A stretch of 64,000 bases of DNA from an uncultured Bacteroidota bacterium (GTDB lineage Bacteria > Bacteroidota > Bacteroidia > Bacteroidales > DTGW01): contig CAWKPE010000013.1 in NCBI GenBank assembly GCA_963851385.1, forward strand, positions 233,753-297,752. The letters are read 5' to 3'. A program made the translations under genes and the position numbers. The notes beneath the pieces were generated by a model that saw only the letters and a list, made by a program, of their open reading frames with translations, made no database searches and was not told the DNA's origin. Below, in pieces: positions 40,085 to 52,987 of this stretch. Position 1 is the stretch's first letter. Each line of letters opens with the position of its first letter.

Positions 40085-40735
40085 ATGTGCAATCCATTTG
40101 AAATAAGCAACCTGACAAGGATTGCATATAATAAAACTGCTGATAAATATCATGATTGTTTTAAAGATGAGATAAACCAGAAAGAATATGATCGCCGGAT
40201 ACTCGATAAATTTTCAGATTTATTGAACAAAAAAAGTCTTATCTGTGATGCCGGTTGCGGTCCTTCGGGACATATTGGAAAATATTTAGCTGATAAAGGA
40301 CATAAAGTTACAGGAATTGACATATCCGAACGTTGTATTGAAATTGCAAGGAAATATAATTCAACTATACGTTATGAGCAAATGGATATGTTCGATTTGA
40401 AATTTGAACAAGGCACTTTCGATGGAATTATTGCATTTTATTCAATTCTCTATTCACCGAAATCATTAGTTCATCTAATGTTTGATAATTTCAAAAAAGT
40501 TTTGAAGCCGGGAGGTAAATTATTAGTTGCAGTAAAGAAAGGTGAAAAAGAAGGATTTCTTGATAATGATGAGTGGTACACCAGCCGGGTTCATTTCGCA
40601 CTTTTTGATGAAACTGACATTCAAAAATATTTTGAAAATTCCGAATTTATGATAGATTTCATAGATACCCGGAAACCTTATGATTTTGAAATAAATATGG
40701 AAAGAATTTATGCTTTAGGAACCAGAAGCCATTAA
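40085..40735 (+). CDS. Class I SAM-dependent methyltransferase
   Basis: Motif I ..ICDAGCGPSGH.. and post-I ..VTGIDIS... Confidence 0.7.
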   Translation: MCNPFEISNLTRIAYNKTADKYHDCFKDEINQKEYDRRILDKFSDLLNKKSLICDAGCGPSGHIGKYLADKGHKVTGIDISERCIEIARKYNSTIRYEQMDMFDLKFEQGTFDGIIAFYSILYSPKSLVHLMFDNFKKVLKPGGKLLVAVKKGEKEGFLDNDEWYTSRVHFALFDETDIQKYFENSEFMIDFIDTRKPYDFEINMERIYALGTRSH

Positions 40736-40918
40736 GACTTCTGTTATTTATATGTTTTGCAAACGAAATGAATATGAATATCTTATACTTTTAATCAGAA
40801 AATATTGAGTAAATAAATACATTCCGGAAAAAATATAAAATAGTATTATTTTGAACCCTTGACATTTTAAAACAATATCTATGTCGGAAGACACTTAACA
40901 AAACTTACAAATACATTA

Positions 40919-41758
40919 TTATTTTTTTGAAAGTATTAAGGTATCCTGGAAATCAAAAGATTCATTCCTGGGGCGGCCAGACCAAAAACCATACAATATT
41001 TTCTCAATGGTCAAATTATTTTGATTGATTAAATTAAATAAATATTTTTCCTCATATGCTACATTTGCTTCTTTAACATTTTTATTCAAAAGACTGTAAC
41101 TGCCAAAATTAAATTTAAAGTTAAATTCTGAATTTGATTGCATGTAATTTTTGCTTTCAGTATTAAGTATAAAATATGTCACCAGGCATTTGCCGCCAAC
41201 TTTAAGAACCCTGCGAATCTCATTGGTATAATTTTCTACATCATCAGGAAGCATATGAGTGAATACAGATGTTAATACCACCAAATCAAAATCATTGTCT
41301 TTGTATGGAAAGACAAAATTTTTAGCTGTTCGTTCTGTTTTTAAATTGTACAAATCATTTTTAAGGTCAATATGTAAAAATTTGAAATTAGGATATGATG
41401 TTGTTACATGTTTTTTGCACCAATCAATACCTTTTTTTACTATATCAAAGCCTTCGTACGAACCTTTTGAATTAAGATATTTTGTTAATGGAATTGCTAT
41501 TCTCCCGATACCACAACCAATATCAAGAACCCGGCAACTTGGTTTTAAGCTGCAATGTTCAATAAAAACTTTAAGATAATATTCTCCTATTTTTTTGAAA
41601 TCACCAGGGCCTATAAAAATTAAACCCTTTGGCGGAAGAGTATTATCCCGCTTTCCAGTTAAAGAATCCCATAAATCAATATTGAAAAAATAAATTCTTC
41701 TTATCAAATATCTTAATGCAGGAGGAACGGAATAATATAAAGTTCTTTTAAATGACAT
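40919..41758 (-). CDS. Class I SAM-dependent methyltransferase
   Basis: Motif I ..VLDIGCGIGR.., ..FDLVVLTSVFTHM... Confidence 0.7.
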   Translation of the reverse strand: MSFKRTLYYSVPPALRYLIRRIYFFNIDLWDSLTGKRDNTLPPKGLIFIGPGDFKKIGEYYLKVFIEHCSLKPSCRVLDIGCGIGRIAIPLTKYLNSKGSYEGFDIVKKGIDWCKKHVTTSYPNFKFLHIDLKNDLYNLKTERTAKNFVFPYKDNDFDLVVLTSVFTHMLPDDVENYTNEIRRVLKVGGKCLVTYFILNTESKNYMQSNSEFNFKFNFGSYSLLNKNVKEANVAYEEKYLFNLINQNNLTIEKILYGFWSGRPRNESFDFQDTLILSKK

Positions 41759-41786
41759 AAAATATATATTTAACAGCGAAAAGACA

Positions 41787-42332
41787 TTAATCCTCTTTAG
41801 TTCTTTCGAGTTTAATATCGGCTTTTTCGCCTTTAAGTTTTACAATTTTACCCGGAGCTCCTACTACCGTGCAATCAGAAGGTATGTCATGCATAATAAC
41901 TACACTTTCAGCACCTACTTTAACATTATCACCTACTAAAATTGGACCTAATAAAGTTGCACCGGTGCCAATCAAAACATTATTGCCGATTGTCGGATGT
42001 CGTTTGCCTAAATGTTTTCCAGTACCGCCAAGCGTTACATTATGAAACAACACACAATTTTTACCTAATACGGCTGTTTCACCTATTACTATCGCACTTC
42101 CATGATCAATGAATAGCCCTCTCCCGATTTTTGCACCCGGATGAATTTCAATGCCTGTCAAAAATCTTCCGATTTGTGAAAAAAACCTTGCGAAAAATCT
42201 CAGTTTTATTTTGTAAAGAGGATGTGATATATACCTGTGTAAAACAATTGCATGTAAACCAGGGTACAATATGAATTGAATTCCTTTTGCTGCAGGATCG
42301 TTTTTATAAATAGCTTTTATATCTTCAAGCAT
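41787..42332 (-). CDS. cysE: Serine O-acetyltransferase
   Basis: ..[28 protein letters not shown].. hexapeptide repeats with a CysE N-terminal helix region. Confidence 0.85.
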   Translation of the reverse strand: MLEDIKAIYKNDPAAKGIQFILYPGLHAIVLHRYISHPLYKIKLRFFARFFSQIGRFLTGIEIHPGAKIGRGLFIDHGSAIVIGETAVLGKNCVLFHNVTLGGTGKHLGKRHPTIGNNVLIGTGATLLGPILVGDNVKVGAESVVIMHDIPSDCTVVGAPGKIVKLKGEKADIKLERTKED

Positions 42333-42516
42333 AATTTTTAATTTAGCTAATCAATTTTTACATTGATTAAATGACTTTGAAAAATTTCTTTAAAGTAAGT
42401 AATTAATTTTTTATTAATCCGTTTAATTAGATTGAAGCTTTTATTTTTACTTTTACCGCTATATTTCTTTTGTTCTTTTATTAACTGCATAAAATGCATG
42501 AATTAATTTTTACTTG

Positions 42517-44334
42517 ATGAAACGTTTTTTTTCTTTGCTTCCTTACATAAAGCCTTATTGGACAAATACATTTTTAAATGTTTTTTTCACAATTCTTTCA
42601 GTTGTATTTTCAGTTTCAACGATAGTATTAATAGCTCCGTTTCTGGGAATATTATTTGGTACTCAGCCATTAGTCGATAAACCCGCTCATTTTTCAATAT
42701 CAGAAGTTACCCAGTACATATATTACTTCTTTGGTTACTTAATAAAATATTATGGTAGCCATTATGCCCTAATTATTGTTAGCTTTTCAATAGTATTTTT
42801 TTCATTACTGAGAAACGCATTTAGTTACTTAGCGCTTCATTTTTTGGCACCAATGAGAGCAAATATAGTACGTGATGTTCGCAATAAATTGTTTGATAAA
42901 ATTCTTTCGTTGCCTCTTTCCTATTTTTCAAATGAAAGAAAAGGAGATCTTATGGCGCGTATGACAAATGATGTGCAGGAAATCGAAACCTCAATCATCA
43001 GTTCCCTTGAAATGGTTCTCCGTGATCCTTTAACAATTTTATTTTATCTGTCTTATCTCCTGATAAAAGATGCACAGCTAACCCTTTTCGTACTATTATT
43101 ACTTCCCGTTGGTGGCTTTGTTATAGGACGTATTGGAAGAACACTCAGAAAAACTTCATTTAAAAGTCAAACCAGGCTTGGAACTATCCTTGCTTTAATT
43201 GAGGAAACTTTGTCAGGGTTAAGAATAATAAAAGCGTTTACTGCTGAAAAGCCAGTCACCAAAAGATTCAGAGATATTAATGAAGAATACACGAAACTTA
43301 CTATTAAGATAAACCGCCGGCGATCTCTTGCCAGTCCTGTTAGTGAATTCTTAGGTACAATTGTAGTTATTATAGTTATGTTTTATGGAGCTACTCTTAT
43401 TATGTTACATAGAACTCATATGTTGCCCCAGGAACTATTAGTATATATTGCAGTTTTTTACATGATTATAGAACCTGCTAAAAGATTTTCAACTGCTTAT
43501 TATAATATTCAAAAAGGTCTGGCCTCAGCCGAACGAATTGAGTTTATTCTTAAGGCTGATAATAGAATTAAAGAAAAAAAGGATGCTTTGCCTGTAAAGG
43601 AATTTAAATTGTACATAGAATATTGTAATGTTTCGTTCAAATATGAGCATCAGATTGTTCTACAGGATATCAACCTTAAAATTGAAAAGGGTAAAACAGT
43701 TGCTTTGGTAGGTCAATCTGGCGCTGGAAAATCAACACTTGTAGATCTATTACCAAGATTTTATGATATTGAACATGGTGAAATACTCATTGATGGTGTA
43801 AGTATAAAAGATTTTAAAATAAAAGATTTGCGTAAATTAATGGGAATAGTAAATCAGGAACCCATTCTATTCAATGATACATTTTATAACAATATAGTTT
43901 TTGGCCGGGAATATTGTACTCCCGAAGAGGTTGAGTTTGCTGCAAAAGTGGCACACGCGCATGAATTCATTACTTTAACAAAACACAAGTACGAACATAA
44001 TATTGGCGATAGGGGCGGAAAACTATCTGGCGGTCAAAAACAACGGATTAGCATTGCCAGAGCAGTATTGAATAATCCTCCGATTTTAATACTTGATGAA
44101 GCAACTTCTTCATTGGATACTGAATCTGAAAGGTTGGTGCAGGATGCATTGAACGAACTTATGAGGAACCGCACTACCATTGTTATAGCCCACAGGCTTT
44201 CTACAGTTATACACGCAGACGAAATATGCGTTATTCATGAAGGTCAGATCGTGGAACGAGGCCGTCATGAAGAATTATTAGCTTTAAGCGGATATTATAA
44301 AAAACTTCACGATTTACAAATGTTTTCATCTTAA
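42517..44334 (+). CDS. ABC transporter permease/ATP-binding protein (MsbA-like exporter)
   Basis: 6-TM N-domain. GQSGAGKST, LSGGQKQRISIARAV, LILDEATSSLD. Confidence 0.8.
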   Translation: MKRFFSLLPYIKPYWTNTFLNVFFTILSVVFSVSTIVLIAPFLGILFGTQPLVDKPAHFSISEVTQYIYYFFGYLIKYYGSHYALIIVSFSIVFFSLLRNAFSYLALHFLAPMRANIVRDVRNKLFDKILSLPLSYFSNERKGDLMARMTNDVQEIETSIISSLEMVLRDPLTILFYLSYLLIKDAQLTLFVLLLLPVGGFVIGRIGRTLRKTSFKSQTRLGTILALIEETLSGLRIIKAFTAEKPVTKRFRDINEEYTKLTIKINRRRSLASPVSEFLGTIVVIIVMFYGATLIMLHRTHMLPQELLVYIAVFYMIIEPAKRFSTAYYNIQKGLASAERIEFILKADNRIKEKKDALPVKEFKLYIEYCNVSFKYEHQIVLQDINLKIEKGKTVALVGQSGAGKSTLVDLLPRFYDIEHGEILIDGVSIKDFKIKDLRKLMGIVNQEPILFNDTFYNNIVFGREYCTPEEVEFAAKVAHAHEFITLTKHKYEHNIGDRGGKLSGGQKQRISIARAVLNNPPILILDEATSSLDTESERLVQDALNELMRNRTTIVIAHRLSTVIHADEICVIHEGQIVERGRHEELLALSGYYKKLHDLQMFSS

Positions 44335-44357
44335 ACTGAAAGTTAAGTTTCAATATT

Positions 44358-44458
44358 TTTGCTATTAGCTTTTAGCTATTAGTTTTTATTATTTTAGAAA
44401 ACTGCCAAAAGCTAACATCCAATAACCAACAACCAATAGTCAATTGCTAATTATTAAA
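44358..44458. repeat. 7-8-bp-period arrays (ttgctatt/agctttt/agctatt/agttttt; aaccaac/aaccaat/agtcaat/tgctaat/tattaaa)
   Basis: Read directly, downstream of the ABC exporter stop. Confidence 0.55.
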
Positions 44459-44557
44459 AACCAAATATTCTGTTTTTTCAAAAAAAACTTGGTGTTTTAA
44501 CGTGTAAATGTCTATTTTCGTAGCTTGAAATAAAATTGCGTATTCAAATACATATGT

Positions 44558-46600
44558 ATGGAATCTAAAAATTTAAGTAACTCTGTTCAGGATGAACAAT
44601 TCGGCAAGGACAATGAAATTGCTGAAAATACTGAGAATTCTTCCCAAGGTAACGGCTTGCCTCAAACTAAAATAGTAGAGGTCAAAAATGTTATCAAGAA
44701 TAAAAAACAGACCAAAATTTATGAGAAAATAAAGTCAGAAATTGACCAGGAACAAGAAACCGATGAACATGAAATAAAAGATGAACATGTGCTGCTCCCT
44801 GAAGATCTAATGGTTCCAGAAGAACTATTAGACGAAGATGAAGAACATTTTGAAGAAAGTCATTTAGCTGAAGCTTCTTTGGACTATTCAAGTTGCAGTA
44901 AAGAAGAACTTATCTCAATTGCAGAAAAGTTACTTAAAGAAAAACCAGTAGAGTCAATAAAATCAGCTATTGATAATATAAAGATTCAATTCTATAAAAA
45001 ACATAAAATTGATTTTGAAAAGTTACGCAAACAATATGTTGAAAATGGCGAAAATCTTGAAGATTTTAAACCTGAAAGTGATCACCTAGAAGAAAAATTG
45101 AAAGAAATTCTGAAACAATATAAGGATGTAAAAGCTGAGTTTACGCGTAAATCTGAAGGTGAAAAAATTGAAAATCAGAAAATAAAACAATCAATAATAG
45201 AAGAAATTAAAGTGCTTATTAATGGCAAAGAGTCATTAAATGACACTTTTCATCAATTCCGGGAATTACAAAAAAAATGGCGTTCTATTGGTCCGGTACC
45301 TCAATCCGAACTTAACAATCTTTGGGAAAATTATAATCATCACGTTGAAAAATTCTACGACTACATCAAGATAAATAAAGAACTTCGAGATTTAGATTTT
45401 AAAAAGAACCTCGAAGCAAAAATTGAAATATGTGAAAAAGCAGAAGAACTTTTACTTGAACCTTCAATACTAAAGGCTTTCAAACTATTACAGGAAAATC
45501 ATAATAAATGGCGCGAGATAGGACCTGTTCCAAATGAAATGCGAGCCGATATCTGGAATCGCTTTAAAGAAATTACCAGCAAGATAAATAAAAGGCACCA
45601 GGAATATTTTGAGAATATGAAGGCTGCACAATATAAAAATCTTGAAGCAAAGACTTTATTGTGCGAAAAAGCTGATGAAATTCTTAGGACTGAGTTTTCA
45701 ACCATGAAAGAATGGGAAAATAAATCAAAAGATTTGATTGAACTTCAAAATATTTGGAAAACAATTGGATTTGCTCCTAAAAAAGATAATACCCGGATAT
45801 ATCAGCGTTTCAGATCTGCCTGTGATGAATTCTTTAGCAAAAAAAGATCTTTCTATAACAAAATAAAAGAAGAACAAAATAACAATCTTCAGATAAAACT
45901 TGATCTCTGCATACAAGCTGAAGCTATGAAAGATAGTACTGAATGGAAAAAATCAACGGAAGATCTTATAAATATTCAAAAAAAATGGAAAGAAGTTGGA
46001 CCGGTGCCACGTAAAGTTTCAGAACAGATTTGGAAACGGTTTCGTTCAGCCTGTGACACTTTCTTTAATAATAAATCTTTATATTTTACTAATATTGATT
46101 CAAAATATGAGGATAATCTGAAATTGAAAAATGAATTAATTGTTGAAATTGAAAATTACAAATTACTTGAAATCATAGAAGATAATTTTGCTAAACTAAA
46201 AGATTTTCAGCGCCGATGGTCAGAAATCGGATTTGTGCCACTCAAACAAAAAGAAGAAGTTCAAAATCGTTATCGTAAAGCCATAAACAGACTATTTGAC
46301 AGCTTGAAACTTGATGAAGGGAAACGGCAAATCCTTAAATTCAAGAATAAAATAGAACACTTGAACCAGAACAGGAAATCTGAAGTAAAAATGAATCGTG
46401 AGAGGGATAAGTTCATTATCCGCCTGAAAAAATTGGAGAATGATATTGTCTTATGGGAAAATAATATTGGATTTTTTACCAAATCGAAGAATGCAGAAGT
46501 AATGATTAAAGAAGTACAATCAAAAATTGATAGCGCTAAAGAAGAAATACAAGTACTTGAAGAAAAAATCAGGTTGATTGATAATTTAGTTATAGATTAA
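44558..46600 (+). CDS. DUF349 domain-containing protein
   Basis: Five repeats of the ..KKW+.IGPVP......W.RF.. motif (for example KKWRSIGPVPQSE, NKWREIGPVPNEM, KKWKEVGPVPRKV). Acidic N-terminus. Confidence 0.8.
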   Translation: MESKNLSNSVQDEQFGKDNEIAENTENSSQGNGLPQTKIVEVKNVIKNKKQTKIYEKIKSEIDQEQETDEHEIKDEHVLLPEDLMVPEELLDEDEEHFEESHLAEASLDYSSCSKEELISIAEKLLKEKPVESIKSAIDNIKIQFYKKHKIDFEKLRKQYVENGENLEDFKPESDHLEEKLKEILKQYKDVKAEFTRKSEGEKIENQKIKQSIIEEIKVLINGKESLNDTFHQFRELQKKWRSIGPVPQSELNNLWENYNHHVEKFYDYIKINKELRDLDFKKNLEAKIEICEKAEELLLEPSILKAFKLLQENHNKWREIGPVPNEMRADIWNRFKEITSKINKRHQEYFENMKAAQYKNLEAKTLLCEKADEILRTEFSTMKEWENKSKDLIELQNIWKTIGFAPKKDNTRIYQRFRSACDEFFSKKRSFYNKIKEEQNNNLQIKLDLCIQAEAMKDSTEWKKSTEDLINIQKKWKEVGPVPRKVSEQIWKRFRSACDTFFNNKSLYFTNIDSKYEDNLKLKNELIVEIENYKLLEIIEDNFAKLKDFQRRWSEIGFVPLKQKEEVQNRYRKAINRLFDSLKLDEGKRQILKFKNKIEHLNQNRKSEVKMNRERDKFIIRLKKLENDIVLWENNIGFFTKSKNAEVMIKEVQSKIDSAKEEIQVLEEKIRLIDNLVID

Positions 46601-46676
46601 CAGATGTCATTCTGTAGAAAAAATTTTATTAAAAAAAGAATTATTGAAAAAGTTATAATAGTATTTGGAATTATAG

Positions 46677-48335
<1,659 letters not shown>

Positions 48336-48629
48336 ATACTTATTTACCGAAAATTCACCTTATTAAATTATTTCTTTTCCAAATAATGATTAATAGTACT
48401 ATTCATGCAATCCTTTGATGAATTTGAAGCAAGATATTAAGGAGGTTTTTTATATTGCTTACCGAAAAATTATGAGTCTCATTAATAAATATCATATATA
48501 TTTGCACAACTTTTTAAAGAAATAGATTAAATAGTTTAGAATCAGTTATCTATAATTTGAGAGGTTAATTAATGCACATGATTTAATAATTTGCAAATAC
48601 AATAACTGAGTTAATTAATTAAATATACG

Positions 48630-50513
48630 ATGGATAAAAATACTGTGTATGGATTATTATTAATAGGGGTAATTGTTGTCGTTTTCTCTATTTGGACATC
48701 GCCCGATAAAAAACAGATGGAAGAAGAAATGCGTCAGGCAGATTCATTTGCCATGGTTAAACAAAAAAAACTGGAAGAAAAAATGACTGAGCAAAATAAA
48801 GCTCAATCTGCATTACCTGTTTCTTTAGCTGATTCTCTGAAAATAAAATCCAAACATTTAAAAGACTTAAAAGAAAAATACGGAGCTTACGCAAATACTG
48901 TTGAAGGCAAAAAAGAATTCTACACAATTGAAAATAACTTGATTAAAATAACTTTTCTGAATAAAGGTGGTCGTCCATATTCAGTCGAGCTAAAGAAATA
49001 CAAAACTTTTGACAAAAAACCTTTGATATTGTTCGATGGGGACTCAACCATATTCGGACTTAATTTTTCTTCCCAGGCTACAAGAATTATTTCTACCAAT
49101 GATTTGTATTTTCAATTGAAAGGAAAGGAAAATCATATTTTTATTTCTGAAAAAGATACAGCTAAATCCTTAATATTAAGACTAAATCTGGGAATTAACA
49201 GATATATTGAGTATATATATAAATTGAACCCCGAGTCATACATGATGAATTTTGATATTCACATGGTTAATTTGGATAGTATTATTCCACAAAACAGTTC
49301 GACTATTGATTTAAAATGGAAGTTTTTCATGTTATGTCAGGAAAAAATTAAATCAACAGAATCAAATTACACCAATATAGATTATAAATTTTATCAGGCC
49401 GATATAGAAAAGTTTGATATATCAGCAAAGAAATCCTGTGATAGTATAAATATAGGCAGGTTAAGCTGGTTAGCTTATAAGCAACAGTTTTTTTCATCAG
49501 TATTGATTACCAATCAATACTTTGAAAATGCCACATTAAAAATTTCAAATATTCCTGACAGCGCACGTATTCTTAAAATTTTTGATTCCGACATAGGTAT
49601 TCCCTATGAAAGCAAGATAAATCAAACAATGGGTTTTAGAGTTTATTTTGGTCCAAATAAATATTCTATTTTAAAAAACTATGGGCAGAATCTGGAAGAA
49701 CTTGTATCCATGGGAAGTTGGAGAATTATAAAATGGATAAACAGATGGTTTATAATACCAATTTTCAATTTTCTTAATAACTATACGTCAAATTATGGGT
49801 TGATAATTCTGCTACTCACGATTATTATCAAAATTTTACTCTATCCTTTATCATTTAAGTCATACTTATCAATGGCAAAGATGCGTGTATTAAAGCCACA
49901 GATTGATGAAATAAATGAAAGAATACCGAAGGAAAAAGCAGTAGAACGACAACAGGCCACAATGGCATTGTACAAAAAAGCAGGTGTAAATCCAATGGGT
50001 GGATGTTTTCCAATGCTTTTGCAAATGCCTATTCTCATAGCAATGTTCCGTTTCTTTCCTACTTCAATTGAGCTTAGGCAGCAAGGCTTTCTCTGGGCAC
50101 ATGATTTATCCAGTTATGATGCTGTTATCACTTGGAGCAACAGTATTCCCATCTTTGGCGACCACATAAGCTTGTTTAATTTATTGATGACTATTACTAC
50201 AATTATTACAATTCGAATGAGCAACCAGGCAGGTGCCTCTGCACAGCAAATGCCTGGAATGCAGTATATGTCTTACCTAATGCCGTTAATGTTCTTCTTT
50301 GTCCTGAATAACTTCTCATCAGGTCTTACTTATTATTATTTTCTCGTTAATCTGATTACCATTGCCCAAAATGAAATTTTTAAAAGATCCATTGACGAAG
50401 CAAAAATTCTTCATCAACTTAACGAAAACAAGAAAAAGCCGGTTAAAAAATCGAAATTCCAGGAAAAGCTTGAAGAAGCTGCAAAACGAAGAGGATATAA
50501 TACTAAAAGATAA
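48630..50513 (+). CDS. yidC: Membrane protein insertase YidC
   Basis: 627 aa. Large periplasmic domain plus ..GGCFPMLLQMPILIAMF.. Oxa1 core. pyrG-yidC adjacency is common in Bacteroidota. Confidence 0.9.
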   Translation: MDKNTVYGLLLIGVIVVVFSIWTSPDKKQMEEEMRQADSFAMVKQKKLEEKMTEQNKAQSALPVSLADSLKIKSKHLKDLKEKYGAYANTVEGKKEFYTIENNLIKITFLNKGGRPYSVELKKYKTFDKKPLILFDGDSTIFGLNFSSQATRIISTNDLYFQLKGKENHIFISEKDTAKSLILRLNLGINRYIEYIYKLNPESYMMNFDIHMVNLDSIIPQNSSTIDLKWKFFMLCQEKIKSTESNYTNIDYKFYQADIEKFDISAKKSCDSINIGRLSWLAYKQQFFSSVLITNQYFENATLKISNIPDSARILKIFDSDIGIPYESKINQTMGFRVYFGPNKYSILKNYGQNLEELVSMGSWRIIKWINRWFIIPIFNFLNNYTSNYGLIILLLTIIIKILLYPLSFKSYLSMAKMRVLKPQIDEINERIPKEKAVERQQATMALYKKAGVNPMGGCFPMLLQMPILIAMFRFFPTSIELRQQGFLWAHDLSSYDAVITWSNSIPIFGDHISLFNLLMTITTIITIRMSNQAGASAQQMPGMQYMSYLMPLMFFFVLNNFSSGLTYYYFLVNLITIAQNEIFKRSIDEAKILHQLNENKKKPVKKSKFQEKLEEAAKRRGYNTKR

Positions 50514-50517
50514 TCTG

Positions 50518-50547
50518 AAAAGCCGGTTTTAAACCGGCTTTTTTATT
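50518..50547 (+). terminator. Intrinsic terminator (aaaagccggttt/aaaccggctttt + TTTTATT)
   Basis: GC-cored palindrome plus T-run, 5 nt after the yidC stop. Confidence 0.85.
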
Positions 50548-50592
50548 AATTTTATGTAACTTATTATCTTTTTTAATTTCAAAATTTATTGA

Positions 50593-52623
50593 ATGAGCAG
50601 AAAATTACATTTCTCGTTTTTTCTGATTTGTTTCTTTTTAAAAGTTCATGGAATATCTCAAAGTGATAGCTTAAAAGCTTTATTATTAAAAGTAAATGAT
50701 ACTTCTAAAATAGAAATTATAATCAAATTAGTAAATCTGAATACCGATAAAGATTTAGACGTAAATCTGCGCTATTTAAACCAGGGACAAAAAATCGCTG
50801 ACGACAATAATCTTATTATTGACAAGGCAAGGTGTATACAACTAAAAGGACTACAATACAAAAAAAAAGGAGATTTTACGTTTGCTATTGAATTGTTCAA
50901 TGAAGCCGCTCAAATATATGAAAATGCAAAGAATTTCAAATTACTTGCAGGAGCATATAATAATTTAGGTGCTACATATGTAGATAAAGGTGATTATCAG
51001 AAAGCTATTGAATTTTTAATTAAAGCTTTACGATATTGTGATAAGGTAAATGATGATGCTTTAAAAGCAAAGACTCTGTTAAATATTGGTTTGGTATTTT
51101 ATTATCAGAATAACTACAGAAAAGCATTAGAATATTATTACCAGTCTCTTGAATTAAGGAAAAAAAATAATGATTTAAAGGGACTATCATTAATATATAA
51201 TAACATTGGCACAGCCAGTTACTTTTTAAAAGAAAACAAACTTGCAGTTGAAAGTTTTAAAAAATCTCTGATAATCTCACAGAAAATAGGTGATATAAGG
51301 GGAATGTCTTTGCCCTTGTTCAATATAGCTGAAATATATTATAATGATAATTCCTTAGATTCAGCACTTTATTATTATTACAAATCATATACTATTGATA
51401 CAAGTTTGAAAGATAAAGCAGGCACAGCAAAATCATTACAAATGTTGGCAGAAGTTCACTTTCTACTTAAGAATATAAGTTTGGCTTTAAAATACGATAA
51501 TGATGCTTTAAAACTTTCAACAGAAGTCGGATCGAAAGATGATATAAAAGATTGTTATAGAGTTTTAAGTAGTATTTATGCGGAAAAAAAAGATTATAAG
51601 AAAGCACTTGAATATTCAAATTTGTGCAGCTCATTTAAAGACACCTTATATAGTAAACAAAGTTCTGAAATGATTGCAGAGCTTCAAACAAAATATGAAA
51701 CAGAAAAAAAAGATCTGCAGTTAAGCAAACAAAAGGAAAAAATTAAACATCAGGGCATAATTTCCCGGATATTAATTTCTGGAATTATTATAGCAATTTT
51801 GTTTACAATACTGGTACTTTGGCAATATTTCCAAAAGAAAAAGGCATTTAAAATTCTTGCGTTTCAAAAGAAAAATATTACAGATAGTATAAATTATGCC
51901 AGTCGAATTCAAACAGCTTTACTGCCTCCTGAAGAATTATTAAACAAGCTCCTGCCTGAACATTTTATTTTATATCTGCCAAGGGACATAGTTAGTGGCG
52001 ATTTCTATTGGATTACAATATCAGAAGGAAAAACTATTATAGCCGTAGCTGATTGTACCGGACATGGTGTACCTGGTGCATTTATGAGTATGCTTGGTTT
52101 TGCCTATCTAAATGAAATAGTAAATAAATCGGTTAATTTAAAAGCAAATGAAATATTAAATGAATTGCGTGAAAAAGTAAAATCTTCCTTGCATCAAAAT
52201 GATAGTTCTTATAACAAAGACGGTATGGATATAGCTCTGGTCATTATTGATCATGCAAATATGCAACTGCAATTCTCCGGAGCCAATAACCCGCTTGTTA
52301 TTTGCAGAGATTCAAAAATTATCAATATACCGCCTGATAAAATGCCAATTGGCATACATTCAGTTGAAAATGAATCATTTACTTTAAAAGAAATAGAACT
52401 TGAACGAAATGATATTGTATATTTATTTTCCGATGGTTATATGGATCAATTTGGAGGAGATAACTTGAAACGATTGGGAAAGTTAAAATTTGAAAGAATT
52501 TTGACATATTCAAGTAAATTACAGATTAAAGCTCAGCGTTATTTTCTTGAGGAAAAAATTCTGGAATGGATGATTGATACGGAACAAATTGATGATATTC
52601 TTGTAATGGGAGTGAAAATATAA
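50593..52623 (+). CDS. TPR-repeat / transmembrane / SpoIIE (PP2C-like) phosphatase
   Basis: About 8 TPR-like repeats, one TM segment (ISRILISGIIIAILFTILVLW) and a SpoIIE core ..GDFYW..ADCTGHGVPGAFMSMLG.. ..SDGYMDQFGG... Confidence 0.8.
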   Translation: MSRKLHFSFFLICFFLKVHGISQSDSLKALLLKVNDTSKIEIIIKLVNLNTDKDLDVNLRYLNQGQKIADDNNLIIDKARCIQLKGLQYKKKGDFTFAIELFNEAAQIYENAKNFKLLAGAYNNLGATYVDKGDYQKAIEFLIKALRYCDKVNDDALKAKTLLNIGLVFYYQNNYRKALEYYYQSLELRKKNNDLKGLSLIYNNIGTASYFLKENKLAVESFKKSLIISQKIGDIRGMSLPLFNIAEIYYNDNSLDSALYYYYKSYTIDTSLKDKAGTAKSLQMLAEVHFLLKNISLALKYDNDALKLSTEVGSKDDIKDCYRVLSSIYAEKKDYKKALEYSNLCSSFKDTLYSKQSSEMIAELQTKYETEKKDLQLSKQKEKIKHQGIISRILISGIIIAILFTILVLWQYFQKKKAFKILAFQKKNITDSINYASRIQTALLPPEELLNKLLPEHFILYLPRDIVSGDFYWITISEGKTIIAVADCTGHGVPGAFMSMLGFAYLNEIVNKSVNLKANEILNELREKVKSSLHQNDSSYNKDGMDIALVIIDHANMQLQFSGANNPLVICRDSKIINIPPDKMPIGIHSVENESFTLKEIELERNDIVYLFSDGYMDQFGGDNLKRLGKLKFERILTYSSKLQIKAQRYFLEEKILEWMIDTEQIDDILVMGVKI

Positions 52624-52675
52624 TAAGTGAGAAAATGAATAGTAAGTAGTCATATGAAAAAGGTCAAATAACAGT

Positions 52676-52704
52676 AAAGGCGCCTCAGCGCCTTTCTAAT
52701 TTTT
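52676..52704. terminator. Bidirectional terminator hairpin (aaaggcgc-ctca-gcgccttt)
   Basis: 8-bp GC-rich stem with T-rich tails on both strands, between convergent genes. Confidence 0.75.
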
Positions 52705-52924
52705 AATATTCATCTTCGTTAAAGAAGAAGTCATCTTTACTGGGATAATCCGGCCATATATCTTCTATACTTTCATAGATTTCTCCCTCGTCTTCTATCT
52801 CTTGAAGATTTTCAATAACTTCAAGAGGAGCACCAGATCGAATAGCATAATCAATAAGCTCTTCTTTAGTCGCTGGCCAAGGGGCATCCTCAAGTTTAGA
52901 AGCTAATTCTAACGTCCAATACAT
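52703..52924 (-). CDS. DUF2795 domain protein
   Basis: ..APWPATKEELIDYAIRSGAPLEVIENLQEI.. is a canonical DUF2795 pattern. Confidence 0.75.
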   Translation of the reverse strand: MYWTLELASKLEDAPWPATKEELIDYAIRSGAPLEVIENLQEIEDEGEIYESIEDIWPDYPSKDDFFFNEDEY

Positions 52925-52987
52925 AACCGCTTATTTATATTTCTGCCCTGTTAAAAAGTTACGCAAAATTAAAAAAAATAACAACAT